In this document: in pieces, positions 10,200-20,192 of the stretch | How positions within the stretch are numbered: the first letter of the stretch is position 1 | Layout: every line of letters starts with the position of its first letter | Origin: Candidatus Shapirobacteria bacterium | GTDB taxonomy: Bacteria; Patescibacteriota; Microgenomatia; UBA12405 | NCBI GenBank assembly: GCA_030698565.1 | Contig: JAUYJS010000003.1 | Location: 76,187-140,186, forward strand | Direction: 5' to 3' | DNA length: 64,000 bases | Notes under the pieces: generated by a model | Told to the model about the DNA's origin: nothing | The model's database searches: none | What the model saw: only the letters and a program-made list of their open reading frames with translations | Position numbers and translations under genes: made by a program

Positions 10200-10568
10200 T
10201 TATTTTTTATCTAAATTCACAATTTTTCTCACCACCTCCAGCCCTAAATAAGCACATTTTTTTCGAACCGAAGTTAATTCCACTCCCAACATTTCTTCAA
10301 TTTCACTACCTTTTATTTTTTTAATATCATCTATTTTTTTGCCTTTAATTTTATCCAAAAGCATGTCCACCGACGCCATACTGATAGCGCAACCGCCGCC
10401 TTCAAACTTAACATCTTCCATTATTCCATCTTGGATTTTTGCTGTAATTTTCAACTTGTCGCCACAAAGTATATTCACCTCAAACGCCTCCACCCCACCC
10501 TCAACCACGCCCCTATTTTGCGGGTTCTGGTATCGATCAATTATTATTTCTTTATATAAATCATCCAT
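10200..10568 (-). CDS. sufU: SufU/NifU-like scaffold
   Basis: NILCGD, GCAISMAS, RKKCA. Confidence 0.9.
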   Translation of the reverse strand: MDDLYKEIIIDRYQNPQNRGVVEGGVEAFEVNILCGDKLKITAKIQDGIMEDVKFEGGGCAISMASVDMLLDKIKGKKIDDIKKIKGSEIEEMLGVELTSVRKKCAYLGLEVVRKIVNLDKK

Positions 10569-10687
10569 AATTCTAAAACCCTTTGTCCCTTCGGGACATT
10601 TCCCTTAAAAAGGGCAATTTTAATAAAAAACTTTCAATTTAATTTTTAGAATCTTTGAACGTGGTGACACATTCACGATGAGAAAAA

Positions 10688-11884
10688 TTAAATAGGAAGT
10701 TTGACCTTAAAAATTTTTCCCACCTCTTTTAAACCTTTAATTAAATTATCAATATCATCTTTATCATTATAAATTCCCAAACTAACTCGGGTCGTCGCTT
10801 CAACCCCTAAAATTTCATGCAAAGGCATAGCGCAATGATGTCCACTTCGAACACAAACTCCATAACGATTTAAAATTTCCGCCACATCATGAGTGTGAAC
10901 GCCTTCAATAACAAAAGTCATTAAACTACTTCCCTGCCCCACTATTTTTAAATTAGGAATATTACTTATTTGTTCTATTAAATAACTCATTAATTTTTCT
11001 TCCCGATCGGAAATAAAATCAAAACCTAAATTTTCGACAAACTTTACCGCTTCAGCCAAAGCAATTACCTCAGCAATCGGTGGCGTACCACCTTCAAATT
11101 TATCCACCCCATCAGCCAAAATTGAATCATATAAACTCACCTCTTTTATCATTCCACCACCATAATTTAAAGGTTCCATTTTATCTAAAATTTCGGATCT
11201 AGCCCACAAAACCCCAATGCCCGTCGGACCATATAATTTGTGTCCGGAAAAAGCATAAAAATCTACACCTAAATCTTTGACATCGACTTTAATATGCGCC
11301 ACAGCCTGAGCCCCATCAACCAAAATTTTGATATCAGAATTATAATTTTTGACTTGAGTCGCCAATTCTTTAATCGGATTTTCCATTCCCAACACATTAC
11401 TTATTTGGGTTAATGCCACCAATTTAGTTTTTGATGTTAAAATATTTTTTAATTCAGTCAAATCTAATTGACCATTTTTTAATCCCAAATATTTTAATTT
11501 AGCTCCAGTTTTTTTGGCCAAGATTTGCCAAGGTAATAAATTTGAATGGTGTTCCATTACTGTCAAAATTATTTCATCACCCTGTTTTATATTAATTTCT
11601 CCCCAACCACAAGCTACTAAATTAATTGATTCAGTCGTTCCTCGAGTAAATACAATCTCATTACTTTTTGCCCCAATAAATTTGGCAACAACATCTCTAG
11701 CTTCTTCATATTTTTTCGTCGCTTCTTCAGAAATTTCATAAATTCCCCGATGAATATTGGCCGAATAAAAGGAATAATAATCGCAAACGGCATCAATTAC
11801 ACTTTTGGGTTTTAACGCCGTTGCCGCACTGTCCAAATAAGCCAGTTTAGAATGTTTTTGATAAATCGGAAATATTTTTTTCAT
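10688..11884 (-). CDS. sufS: Cysteine desulfurase SufS
   Basis: YLDSAATALKP, FSGHKLYGPTG, VRSGHHCA. Confidence 0.95.
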   Translation of the reverse strand: MKKIFPIYQKHSKLAYLDSAATALKPKSVIDAVCDYYSFYSANIHRGIYEISEEATKKYEEARDVVAKFIGAKSNEIVFTRGTTESINLVACGWGEINIKQGDEIILTVMEHHSNLLPWQILAKKTGAKLKYLGLKNGQLDLTELKNILTSKTKLVALTQISNVLGMENPIKELATQVKNYNSDIKILVDGAQAVAHIKVDVKDLGVDFYAFSGHKLYGPTGIGVLWARSEILDKMEPLNYGGGMIKEVSLYDSILADGVDKFEGGTPPIAEVIALAEAVKFVENLGFDFISDREEKLMSYLIEQISNIPNLKIVGQGSSLMTFVIEGVHTHDVAEILNRYGVCVRSGHHCAMPLHEILGVEATTRVSLGIYNDKDDIDNLIKGLKEVGKIFKVKLPI

Positions 11885-11885
11885 T

Positions 11886-12377
11886 TTATTTGTTTGACTT
11901 AAAATAAGTCAAAATATTTTGTCTATCATCTTTAGACACTCTATCAATTATTTCTGCAAAAAATGCTTTAGTCAATATTTTAATAGCTTTCTTTTTGGTA
12001 ATACCTCTTGATTGTAAATAAAATAATTCTTCTTCGTTTAATTGCCCCACCGTCATTGCATGCGAAGCTTTAACATCGTCAGTTTCAATTTCCAATTCTG
12101 GCCTGGCTATTGCCAAGGCATTTTCTCCCAAAAGCAATATGTTTTGTCTCAAAAAAGCATTAGCTCCAACCGCATCTTTACCAATTTTAATTAGTCCATT
12201 TAGATCTAATTTACCGCCATCCATTACCACTACTTTTACAATTGTATTTCCGTAAGTATTTGGTGCCATAAATTTCATTTCCGTTGTTATTTCTAATTTT
12301 TCCTGCGGTTTTACCACGAAAGCCCTAACAATCTCCCTTTCTTCTCCAATATTATTTAATATATCAGTGTATATCAT
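11886..12377 (-). CDS. sufD: Short SufD-like protein
   Basis: [21 protein letters not shown]...FYLQSRGI. Confidence 0.85.
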   Translation of the reverse strand: MIYTDILNNIGEEREIVRAFVVKPQEKLEITTEMKFMAPNTYGNTIVKVVVMDGGKLDLNGLIKIGKDAVGANAFLRQNILLLGENALAIARPELEIETDDVKASHAMTVGQLNEEELFYLQSRGITKKKAIKILTKAFFAEIIDRVSKDDRQNILTYFKSNK

Positions 12378-13804
12378 CCCACACTTCCTTCCATTTGCAT
12401 GTTAATTAATCTATTTAATTCAACCGAATATTCCATCGGTAATTCTTTGGCAATTGGCTCAATAAAACCATTAACAATCATCGCTTCAGCTTCGTGTTCT
12501 TCAAAACCTCGGCTCATCAAATAAAATAATTGTTCTTCACCAATCTTAGATACCGTTGCCTCATGTTCAATAATACTTTGTGGTTCACTAATTTTATTAG
12601 TCGGATAAGTATCGCTCCGACTATCTTTATCCATGATTAAAGCATCACAAACCACTTTGCTGCGGCTATTTACTGCTCCCTTGTTTATCGAGACTAAGCC
12701 TCTATAGCTAGCCCTACCTCCCTTAAAACTTATTGATTTAGAAATTATTCTGGAGCTGGTATTCGGTGCCAAATGAACGCATTTGCCGCCCGCATCTTGA
12801 TGTTGACCCTTACCAGCAATCGCAATCGATAAGATTTCTCCTCGGGCACCTTCCTCAGCTAAGATAACCGAAGGATATTTCATAGTCAACCTACTCCCAA
12901 AATTTCCATCCACCCATTCCATAATTCCATTTTCTTCTACCCAAGTTCTTTTTGTTACCAAATTGTAAACATTGATTGACCAGTTCTGAATTGTTGTATA
13001 TCGACACCGAGCATTTTTCTTCACAAAAATTTCTACCACAGCAGCGTGCAAACTATCGGAAGAATAAATTGGGGCGGTGCACCCTTCCACATAGTGAACA
13101 TAAGCACCTTCATCCACAATTATCATTGTTCTTTCAAATTGACCCGAGTTAGCGCTATTAATTCTAAAATAAGCTTGAAGTGGCAGATCTACTTTGACAC
13201 CTTTTGGTATATAAAGAAAAGAACCACCAGACCAAACTGCCGAATTTAATGCCGCAAACTTATTGTCACCTGCCGGCACTAATTTTCCAAAATATTCCCG
13301 TACCATATCAGGATAATTTTGAACCGCTTCGTCCATGCTACAAAATATTACCCCTTTATCAGATAAATTTTTTTGTAAACTTCCATATACCACCTCCGAT
13401 TCGTATTGGGCTTTGATTCCGCCCAAATATTCTTTTTCAGCTTCAGGCAACCCCAATCTATCATACGTATTTTTAATTTCTTTTGGCAGATCTTCCCATT
13501 TTTTTTCTACATTTATAGTTGGCTTGATATAGTAATAAATATCTTCAAAATTTATATGACTTAAGTCTCCACCCCAAGTTGGCATCCGTTTTTTATAAAA
13601 AATCTCCAAAGCCAATAGTCTTTTTTCCCGCATCCACAAGGGTTCTTTCTTTATATCTGAAATAACTTTAACCACTTCTACGTCTAACCCTTTTTTGGAT
13701 TTGTAAACATTGTTTTCTATTTCCTTAAAACCATACTTGTACTCACCCATTACCTCTTTTGAAGTTATCTTCTTCTCTTTTTTTAATGATACAAACCGTG
13801 TCAT
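12374..13804 (-). CDS. sufB: Fe-S assembly protein SufB
   Basis: [23 protein letters not shown]. Confidence 0.96.
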   Translation of the reverse strand: MTRFVSLKKEKKITSKEVMGEYKYGFKEIENNVYKSKKGLDVEVVKVISDIKKEPLWMREKRLLALEIFYKKRMPTWGGDLSHINFEDIYYYIKPTINVEKKWEDLPKEIKNTYDRLGLPEAEKEYLGGIKAQYESEVVYGSLQKNLSDKGVIFCSMDEAVQNYPDMVREYFGKLVPAGDNKFAALNSAVWSGGSFLYIPKGVKVDLPLQAYFRINSANSGQFERTMIIVDEGAYVHYVEGCTAPIYSSDSLHAAVVEIFVKKNARCRYTTIQNWSINVYNLVTKRTWVEENGIMEWVDGNFGSRLTMKYPSVILAEEGARGEILSIAIAGKGQHQDAGGKCVHLAPNTSSRIISKSISFKGGRASYRGLVSINKGAVNSRSKVVCDALIMDKDSRSDTYPTNKISEPQSIIEHEATVSKIGEEQLFYLMSRGFEEHEAEAMIVNGFIEPIAKELPMEYSVELNRLINMQMEGSVG

Positions 13805-13807
13805 TTT

Positions 13808-14575
13808 TTAATTTTCAAATGAATAACCTTGGCTTTCAACTTTCTCAACCATCTCCCATCCGCCACTTTTAATAATTTTACCCGTAGACATAATGTGTAC
13901 CTTGTCCGGTTTTAAGAACTTTAAAATTCTTGAATAATGGGTAATTATAATAACTCCAATATTTCTATCCTTAGCCACTTTTGCAATTGTTTGCGCAATT
14001 TTTTTAATAGCATCTATGTCCAAGCCGGAATCAATCTCATCCAATATTATATATTTTGGATTAAAAACCAACATCTGTAAAATTTCTATCTTTTTCTTCT
14101 CACCGCCGGAAAATCCGTCATTCAATCCCCTTTTTAACAATTCTGGTTTTAAGCTCAACGCCTTGGCTTGTGCTTCAATCCATTTTCGGAATTCAATCAA
14201 CGACATGATTGAATCATTTTTTACCTGCCCGCCTAAATGCGCAGCTTTTGGCGGGTTTCTCTTTTTATACACCTGCCACAAAAAACTCTGAACCGTCAAC
14301 CCAGGAATAGCCACCGGGTATTGGTTCGCCAAAAACAAACCTTTCCTAGCTCTTTCATCCGGGGTTTCCTCACAAATATTATTTTCATCTAAATTAATTT
14401 CTCCTTTCGTGATCTGGTATTTTGGATGCCCCGACAAAGAGAAGGCTAGGGTTGACTTACCCGAACCGTTTGGCCCCATGACCGCATGAATTTCTCCCGA
14501 TTTTACTTCCAAATTTACACCAGAAAGTATTTCTTTTTCTTGAGTGGAAACGTATAAATTTTTGATAATTAACAT
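13808..14575 (-). CDS. sufC: Fe-S assembly ATPase SufC
   Basis: GPNGSGKST, FSGGEKKK, LDEIDSGLD. Confidence 0.95.
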   Translation of the reverse strand: MLIIKNLYVSTQEKEILSGVNLEVKSGEIHAVMGPNGSGKSTLAFSLSGHPKYQITKGEINLDENNICEETPDERARKGLFLANQYPVAIPGLTVQSFLWQVYKKRNPPKAAHLGGQVKNDSIMSLIEFRKWIEAQAKALSLKPELLKRGLNDGFSGGEKKKIEILQMLVFNPKYIILDEIDSGLDIDAIKKIAQTIAKVAKDRNIGVIIITHYSRILKFLKPDKVHIMSTGKIIKSGGWEMVEKVESQGYSFEN

Positions 14576-14654
14576 ACTCCCACCATTTTAGTCATAGTTC
14601 CCCAAAAAGGCAACAACTAAAAGCAAGGAATTGAAAAAATGGTTTTATTTTCCG

Positions 14655-14738
14655 CGGAGGGTATAGGATTCGAACCCATGAGGGATTGCTCCCACTGGTT
14701 TTCAAAACCAGCGCCATAAACCACTCGGCCAACCCTCC
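14655..14738 (-). tRNA. tRNA-Ser(TGA)
   Basis: GGAGGGT...ACCCTCC-G, long variable arm, anticodon loop TTTGAAA. Confidence 0.93.
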
Positions 14739-14838
14739 GTATATAGAACAGTGAATTATAACAATTTAGACTTAGAGTTGCCATAAATTGCTCTTTATCA
14801 GAAAAAAATATTTCTGGTAGAATATCAAAGTAATAAGT

Positions 14839-14911
14839 GCCCAGATAGCTCAGTTGGTAGAGCATCCCCTTGGTAAGGGGAAGGTCAAGGATTCAAGTTC
14901 CTTTCTGGGCT
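14839..14911 (+). tRNA. tRNA-Thr(GGT)
   Basis: GCCCAGA...TCTGGGC-T; anticodon loop TTGGTAA. Confidence 0.93.
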
Positions 14912-14923
14912 CATCTTTTTCTT

Positions 14924-15253
14924 TCAGCTGACAATCTTCTTCAAAAATTTACCAGCCGGAAAGATTGTCAACAAAATAAAAGAGATTGTTCCCAAAATTC
15001 CAAGTCCCAAAAATATATTAAAAACGTTTTTATAATAACCTAGTTGGTACCAATAAAACCGCATACAATCGTTGTAACCAAAATGCTGGCAGGTAGTATC
15101 AAATTCATTGAATACTTTACTTGAAGTCTGAAACCAAGCAAACGTAGCCATAGCCGCAGAAAATAAAACCAAAATTACCAACATAGTTTTTAGTTCAGCC
15201 AAACTAAAACTCTTTTTTTTTCCTTTTCCTTTTTGTTTTTTCCCAATTCTCAT
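14924..15253 (-). CDS. Hypothetical two-TM membrane protein
   Basis: Basic N-terminus and two hydrophobic segments. Confidence 0.6.
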   Translation of the reverse strand: MRIGKKQKGKGKKKSFSLAELKTMLVILVLFSAAMATFAWFQTSSKVFNEFDTTCQHFGYNDCMRFYWYQLGYYKNVFNIFLGLGILGTISFILLTIFPAGKFLKKIVS

Positions 15254-15883
15254 AATCTAACTTTTATTTTAGCACTTTTAACCAATAGACCTTCCTTCTC
15301 AAAAAATTCAGCTAAATCATCATAACCAACATATTGATGCCCGTGTATTCCCAAAGCCTTAGCCGCTTCCACATAATCTTTTATATCATCAACATACACA
15401 CATTCTTTCGATCTTAACTTTAATTTACTTAGCGAATCTTCAAATATTTTTCTGTCCGGCTTCATCACTCCCACCTCAAAAGACAAAGTTACTTTATCAA
15501 ACAATTCAAAGACTTCAGTTTTTTTGACCCCATATTCAAAATCCCATTCACTAGTATTTAGACAGTAAGGCTACTTTATAATTATTTTTTAATTCTTTAA
15601 TCAAATTAAAGGTAGATAAAATAGGCATAAATTTATTGGTATATGCTTCGATAAATTTATCTTTTGAGATATTTAATCCAGTAATTTTCAAAATTCCTTC
15701 ATAAAATTCAGTCGAGCTAATCTGCCCCATTTCATATCGTTTAGGCAAATCGGAATTTTTATAAATAATCTCTCTTAACGACTCGATTGATTGGCCACTA
15801 TATTTTGAAAATTTTTCTAAGATTAATTCATTATTAAACGTGCAGACAACGTTTCCAAAATCAAATATTATTGCTTTTATCAT
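15250..15883 (-). pseudogene. HAD-family phosphatase split by a one-base frameshift
   Basis: N-half IIFDFGNV...VALLS; removing one A near 15558 restores SNTSEWDFEYG leading into KPDRKIF...VYVDD. Confidence 0.8.
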
Positions 15884-15896
15884 TAATTATTAATTA

Positions 15897-16640
15897 TTAA
15901 TTATTAATTAATTTATACGGCACAAGTTGTTTAAATTTTTGTGATTCAATTCTTTTAAGAATTTTCTTAACGGTTTCTCCTGGAACACCTTCTAATTCAT
16001 TCTCCATTACCCTATCCGCTTCATCATAAGTAAATCCAAACTCTGTTTCATCTGTTTGTCCATCCCACAATTCGGCCGACGGCCGTTTATTTAAAATATT
16101 TTCTGATAAATTTAAAAACCTTGCTAATTGCTGAACTTGAGTTTTATATAAATGTTCAATTGGTTCCAAATCCGAAGCCGCGTCACCAAATCGAGTAAAA
16201 TAACCCAAATATTTTTCCGACTTATTCTCTGTTCCACACACCAAACAGTTATATTTTTTTGCCAAATCATAAAGGATAATCATTCTAGTTCTAGCCATCA
16301 CATTGCCCAATCTTAATTTATCATCTCCAATATTTTGACTTTCTTTTATTTGATCAACAATTTTTTTTATATTTATTTCCTGCCAATTATCTTCTGGAAT
16401 TTTATTCCATTTACACAATAATTTTCCATCAATACTGCTCTGACTTCCATAAGGCAACAAAACCGGAATTACATTTTCAAAGCCCAATGCTTGGCACAAT
16501 AAAGTACAGGACAATGCCGAATCAATTCCACCCGACACCGCCACAATTGCTTTTTTAAATCCGGTTTTAACAAATATAGTTTTTATAAAATTTTCTATTT
16601 TATTAACTTCCTTTTCTGGTTTTTCCAAAATTAATGTCAT
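15897..16640 (-). CDS. nadE: NH3-dependent NAD+ synthetase
   Basis: VSGGIDS, GNVMARTRM, GYFTRFGD, PSAELWDGQTDE. Confidence 0.95.
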   Translation of the reverse strand: MTLILEKPEKEVNKIENFIKTIFVKTGFKKAIVAVSGGIDSALSCTLLCQALGFENVIPVLLPYGSQSSIDGKLLCKWNKIPEDNWQEINIKKIVDQIKESQNIGDDKLRLGNVMARTRMIILYDLAKKYNCLVCGTENKSEKYLGYFTRFGDAASDLEPIEHLYKTQVQQLARFLNLSENILNKRPSAELWDGQTDETEFGFTYDEADRVMENELEGVPGETVKKILKRIESQKFKQLVPYKLINN

Positions 16641-16643
16641 AAG

Positions 16644-17204
16644 TTAGTTTATATATAAAGAATAATTTTTGATATATTTTTCTACCTTATTATTTAGCAT
16701 TTTCCCCACATTTTCTTTTTTAGCTACACTTTGCCGAATTTCAGTCGACGATACTGGCACTTCTTTTACACCTGACAAGATTATCATTTCTTTATACTTA
16801 ATATTTACAGGATAACCAATTCTAGGATATACAAAAACTTGGTAATTTTTTAAAATATCTTGGTAATCTTTCCATTTATTAAAACTTTCAAGTTGGTCAC
16901 TACCAATTAAAAGTAAAAATTTATTATCCGGCATTTTTTGGGAAAAATAATTTAAAGTATCAATTGTAAAACTAGTACCATTTTTTTTAATTTCGTAATC
17001 ACAAATCTTTATTTTATCCGAAACCAAAAAATTCAGCATTTCTAATCTTTCTTTTACCGGGCTAATTTTTTTATCAAAAGGATGTTTGTAACAAGGCACC
17101 AGCCACACCTCATCAGCTATTTTTTTTCGGATAATTTCCTGCGCCATTATCTGGTGTCCCAAATGCGGCGGATCAAAACTACCCCCAAATAGCATGATTT
17201 TCAT
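16644..17204 (-). CDS. nadD: Nicotinate-nucleotide adenylyltransferase
   Basis: FGGSFDPPHLGH, LIGSD, VSSTEIR. Confidence 0.93.
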   Translation of the reverse strand: MKIMLFGGSFDPPHLGHQIMAQEIIRKKIADEVWLVPCYKHPFDKKISPVKERLEMLNFLVSDKIKICDYEIKKNGTSFTIDTLNYFSQKMPDNKFLLLIGSDQLESFNKWKDYQDILKNYQVFVYPRIGYPVNIKYKEMIILSGVKEVPVSSTEIRQSVAKKENVGKMLNNKVEKYIKNYSLYIN

Positions 17205-17283
17205 ATCTTTTTCAGTATAACATCGACAACCACTAATTTTTCCATTCCTTGTCAAGCCAACTTCGATGTTAAAATTAATTAAT

Positions 17284-17604
17284 ATGAATATTCAAATCAC
17301 AGCTGATAAGGTAGACCTGTCGGTAGAGATTAAAGAGATGATAAACATAAAAATTGGTCATAAAACAGACCAACTCCTCCCCGATTTAAACGACGAAATT
17401 AAAACCGCTTTTGTTAATATAAAAAGAGATAAATTAGGTCAATATAAAATAAGTTTTGACATGTTACTGCCTGGGAAAAAAGGAAAAATATTTGCTGAAA
17501 ATCAACATTTTGAATTAATTCCCGCCATAACCGGGTTAAGGGAACAAATAGAAACACAAATTAAAAAATACAAAGAAGAACAGTTGCCAAACGCCCGATC
17601 TTAG
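17284..17604 (+). CDS. HPF/RaiA-like ribosome hibernation factor (divergent)
   Basis: MNIQITADKVDLS...QIKKYKE pattern and size. Confidence 0.7.
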   Translation: MNIQITADKVDLSVEIKEMINIKIGHKTDQLLPDLNDEIKTAFVNIKRDKLGQYKISFDMLLPGKKGKIFAENQHFELIPAITGLREQIETQIKKYKEEQLPNARS

Positions 17605-17619
17605 TTTAAAATACCACTC

Positions 17620-17799
17620 ATGGCTAAATCTAAAAAAACACCTAGAATTTTAATCGCCCTACTCTGTTCTGCTTGTGGCGCTCAGAATTACCTAACTGAA
17701 AAAAATAAAACCAACACTCCCGACAAAATTAAATTCAACAAGTATTGTCATTGGTGTAAAAAAGCAACCGAACACAAAGAATCGACTAAGTTAAAATAA
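17620..17799 (+). CDS. rpmG: 50S ribosomal protein L33 (Zn-ribbon type)
   Basis: Manual translation MAKSKKTPRILIALLCSACGAQNYLTEKNKTNTPDKIKFNKYCHWCKKATEHKESTKLK. Confidence 0.92.
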   Translation: MAKSKKTPRILIALLCSACGAQNYLTEKNKTNTPDKIKFNKYCHWCKKATEHKESTKLK

Positions 17800-17802
17800 G
17801 TT

Positions 17803-17949
17803 ATGTCATCAGAAAATAAAAAAACACCAAAACCAGTTACGGTAGTCAAACCAGTAGTCCCGGTAAAACCCACCTTTCCTAGTCCACCATCAGGTTCCAA
17901 CTTCAAACCAAATGCCCGATTCCAATCAATAAACCGAAGCCGTAGATAA
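17803..17949 (+). CDS. 48-aa basic Pro-rich small protein downstream of rpmG
   Basis: MSSENKKTPKPVTVVKPVVPVKPTFPSPPSGSNFKPNARFQSINRSRR; starts 3 nt after the rpmG stop. Confidence 0.5.
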   Translation: MSSENKKTPKPVTVVKPVVPVKPTFPSPPSGSNFKPNARFQSINRSRR

Positions 17950-18552
17950 AGTTTGCCAAACATGTTCCCAATCCTTACACGGTACAATTTTTATATCTTT
18001 TCTCATGTGTTCCGATATTCCTTTATACAAAAACACTGTTCCTTTGTAATCTGAAGATAAACAGTCAATCAAGCCCGGATTGTCATCTATTATCCCTATA
18101 ATCTCTGGATAAAGATTTTCTAAAATCTTAGCCTTCCATTTATTTCCATCTTCCGCCCTAACCTCCAAAGGTCTGGTAATAATTTTAGCTTTGGGAAAGT
18201 TATGTTTTTCCAGCCATTTCTCCGTCCCTTTTAGAACCGAATCCGGTCTGGCTGTAATATAAGCTCGAATCGGTAGAATTTTATTTATTTTTTGAACTAC
18301 AGTATTTGAATTTTCAATCAAAGGCAAATTTTCTTGAAACACATCATCATTTCTCATTTCTTCCATTAAATTCAACCCATTATCAGTTTGCCAATACCCA
18401 GGGTCACTAGCATATTTATATTTTATTTCCATTTCTTCTATACTTAGGTTTTCAGGATTTCCCAATTTTAGTTGTAAATATTCGACCCAAAAATAATTTG
18501 TCCGCGATAAGGTCTCATCAATATCCAATGCTAAACCACCACTTTTTTTCAT
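17926..18552 (-). CDS. HAD-superfamily 5'(3')-nucleotidase-like protein
   Basis: LALDIDETL, YITAR, IIDDNP. Confidence 0.7.
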   Translation of the reverse strand: MKKSGGLALDIDETLSRTNYFWVEYLQLKLGNPENLSIEEMEIKYKYASDPGYWQTDNGLNLMEEMRNDDVFQENLPLIENSNTVVQKINKILPIRAYITARPDSVLKGTEKWLEKHNFPKAKIITRPLEVRAEDGNKWKAKILENLYPEIIGIIDDNPGLIDCLSSDYKGTVFLYKGISEHMRKDIKIVPCKDWEHVWQTLSTASVY

Positions 18553-19076
18553 AATGTTTCTGATTGCACCATTACCACTTCTCCACGCTCATTAGCCAAA
18601 GATACCACCTTAAATCCGAATTTAGTATAAAGTTTTATAGCTGCTAAGTTATGTACCTTGGTTTCCAGCCAAATACCTTTTTCAGGTATCTCGTTGTAAA
18701 TTTTACTATCTTTAAATCGATTTATAGCCTCATTCATAAAATTTGAAGCCATTCCTTTTCCCCTAGCCTCTCCATAAATTCTAATACCAAATGTTATTCC
18801 AAATTTATTTCTGTCAAAACTTTCATCATAATCCGCTTCTGGTAATTTTTTTTCACCCAACCAAAAAATACCCAATAGGTCTTCCTGATCATTTGTTAAA
18901 ATATATATAGATCTACCTTTCTTTTTCCATTCCTCAAAGGCCTCTATACTAGAAAACCTTTTTTGATCGGAAGTAAATTTTTTAATGTCGTCATCTGTAT
19001 TAGTTAAGTTAATTAACTGCTGTATTTGCCAATTATTAATACCATTTTTTATTAAAAAATTATCCATTGTTAGCAT
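18549..19076 (-). CDS. GNAT acetyltransferase
   Basis: RGKGMA, NLAAIKLYTKFGF. Confidence 0.85.
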   Translation of the reverse strand: MLTMDNFLIKNGINNWQIQQLINLTNTDDDIKKFTSDQKRFSSIEAFEEWKKKGRSIYILTNDQEDLLGIFWLGEKKLPEADYDESFDRNKFGITFGIRIYGEARGKGMASNFMNEAINRFKDSKIYNEIPEKGIWLETKVHNLAAIKLYTKFGFKVVSLANERGEVVMVQSETL

Positions 19077-19130
19077 ATAATACCAATTTCTTAAAAAATT
19101 AGCACTTAAATTACTGATATTATATAGTCA

Positions 19131-19634
19131 ATGGAAAAAATCCAATCGCTAAGCAAATTAGCCCAACTTATTACCCAATTAAAAAAAGGGGGTAAAAAAA
19201 TTGCACTGATCACCGGTTGTTTTGATATTGTTCACCTGGGCCATATTAATCTTTTTCGTTTTGCCAAAACCCACGCCGATATTGTCATTGTGGGTTTGGA
19301 AAATGATTCCACAATTAAACTTTACCAAAAAGGTATAGACAGGCCTTTGAATAATCTCAAAAACAGACTTCAATTTTTAGCCGAATTTCAAAGCATCGAC
19401 TATGTTTTTCCTATTAAAAAAATTATTAAAAATACTTTTGAAAACTACGCCCTTTATGAGCAGATCACTAAAAGGTTAAAACCAGATTTTTTGGTAACTA
19501 ACAAGTCGGCCGACGGTTTTTTACAGGAGAAAAGAAATCGAGCCAAAAAATTTGGTATAAAACTTTTGCTCCACAGGCCAAGTCGGCGCCAATCCTCCAC
19601 CCAAATCATCCAAAAAATAGAATCAGAGTTATAG
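19131..19634 (+). CDS. Cytidylyltransferase-family (RfaE/TagD-like) nucleotidyltransferase
   Basis: TGCFDIVHLGH, SSTQII. Confidence 0.85.
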   Translation: MEKIQSLSKLAQLITQLKKGGKKIALITGCFDIVHLGHINLFRFAKTHADIVIVGLENDSTIKLYQKGIDRPLNNLKNRLQFLAEFQSIDYVFPIKKIIKNTFENYALYEQITKRLKPDFLVTNKSADGFLQEKRNRAKKFGIKLLLHRPSRRQSSTQIIQKIESEL

Positions 19635-19645
19635 TTATTTAACTT

Positions 19646-20173
19646 ATGTTTTCTAATTTTATTTTTCTAACCTTTTTGCTTATCCTTTTAATTATTCAGT
19701 TTTCAATTGTTTTTTATTTTCTTTATACACAAATAATCGAACCCGGTGCCATTTATTATCCAACCAAAATGGATGTGGTCAAAAAGATGCTTAAATTAGC
19801 TAATGTCACCAAAAAAGATACTGTTTTAGATTTGGGTTCTGGTGATGGTCGAATTTTAATCGAGGCCGCCAAACTTGGCGCCAAAGCCATAGGTTATGAA
19901 ATCAATCCGGTTTTAGTTAAACGTTCCCGAAAAAAAATAGAGAAACTCGGTCTTTCTCATTTGGCCACAGTCCATTTAAAAAGTTTTTGGCATGTCGATT
20001 TTGACCAAGCTACTATTATTACCCTTTATCTTTTCCCCAATCTTATGAATCGACTCCAAAAACTATTAGAGAAAAAAATGACTCATCCGCTTTTACTAGT
20101 ATCCAACGACTATCAATTTCCCAAAAAGAAATTTATCAAAAAAGACCAAAAAATATTTTTGTATAAATTTTAA
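19646..20173 (+). CDS. Membrane-anchored class I SAM methyltransferase
   Basis: VLDLGSGDGRI, GYEINP. Confidence 0.85.
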   Translation: MFSNFIFLTFLLILLIIQFSIVFYFLYTQIIEPGAIYYPTKMDVVKKMLKLANVTKKDTVLDLGSGDGRILIEAAKLGAKAIGYEINPVLVKRSRKKIEKLGLSHLATVHLKSFWHVDFDQATIITLYLFPNLMNRLQKLLEKKMTHPLLLVSNDYQFPKKKFIKKDQKIFLYKF

Positions 20174-20192
20174 AACCAATCTATTATTTTTT

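Noticed and set aside
14617-14865. 82-aa minus-strand ORF
   Set aside because: Overlaps tRNA-Ser and tRNA-Thr; spurious.
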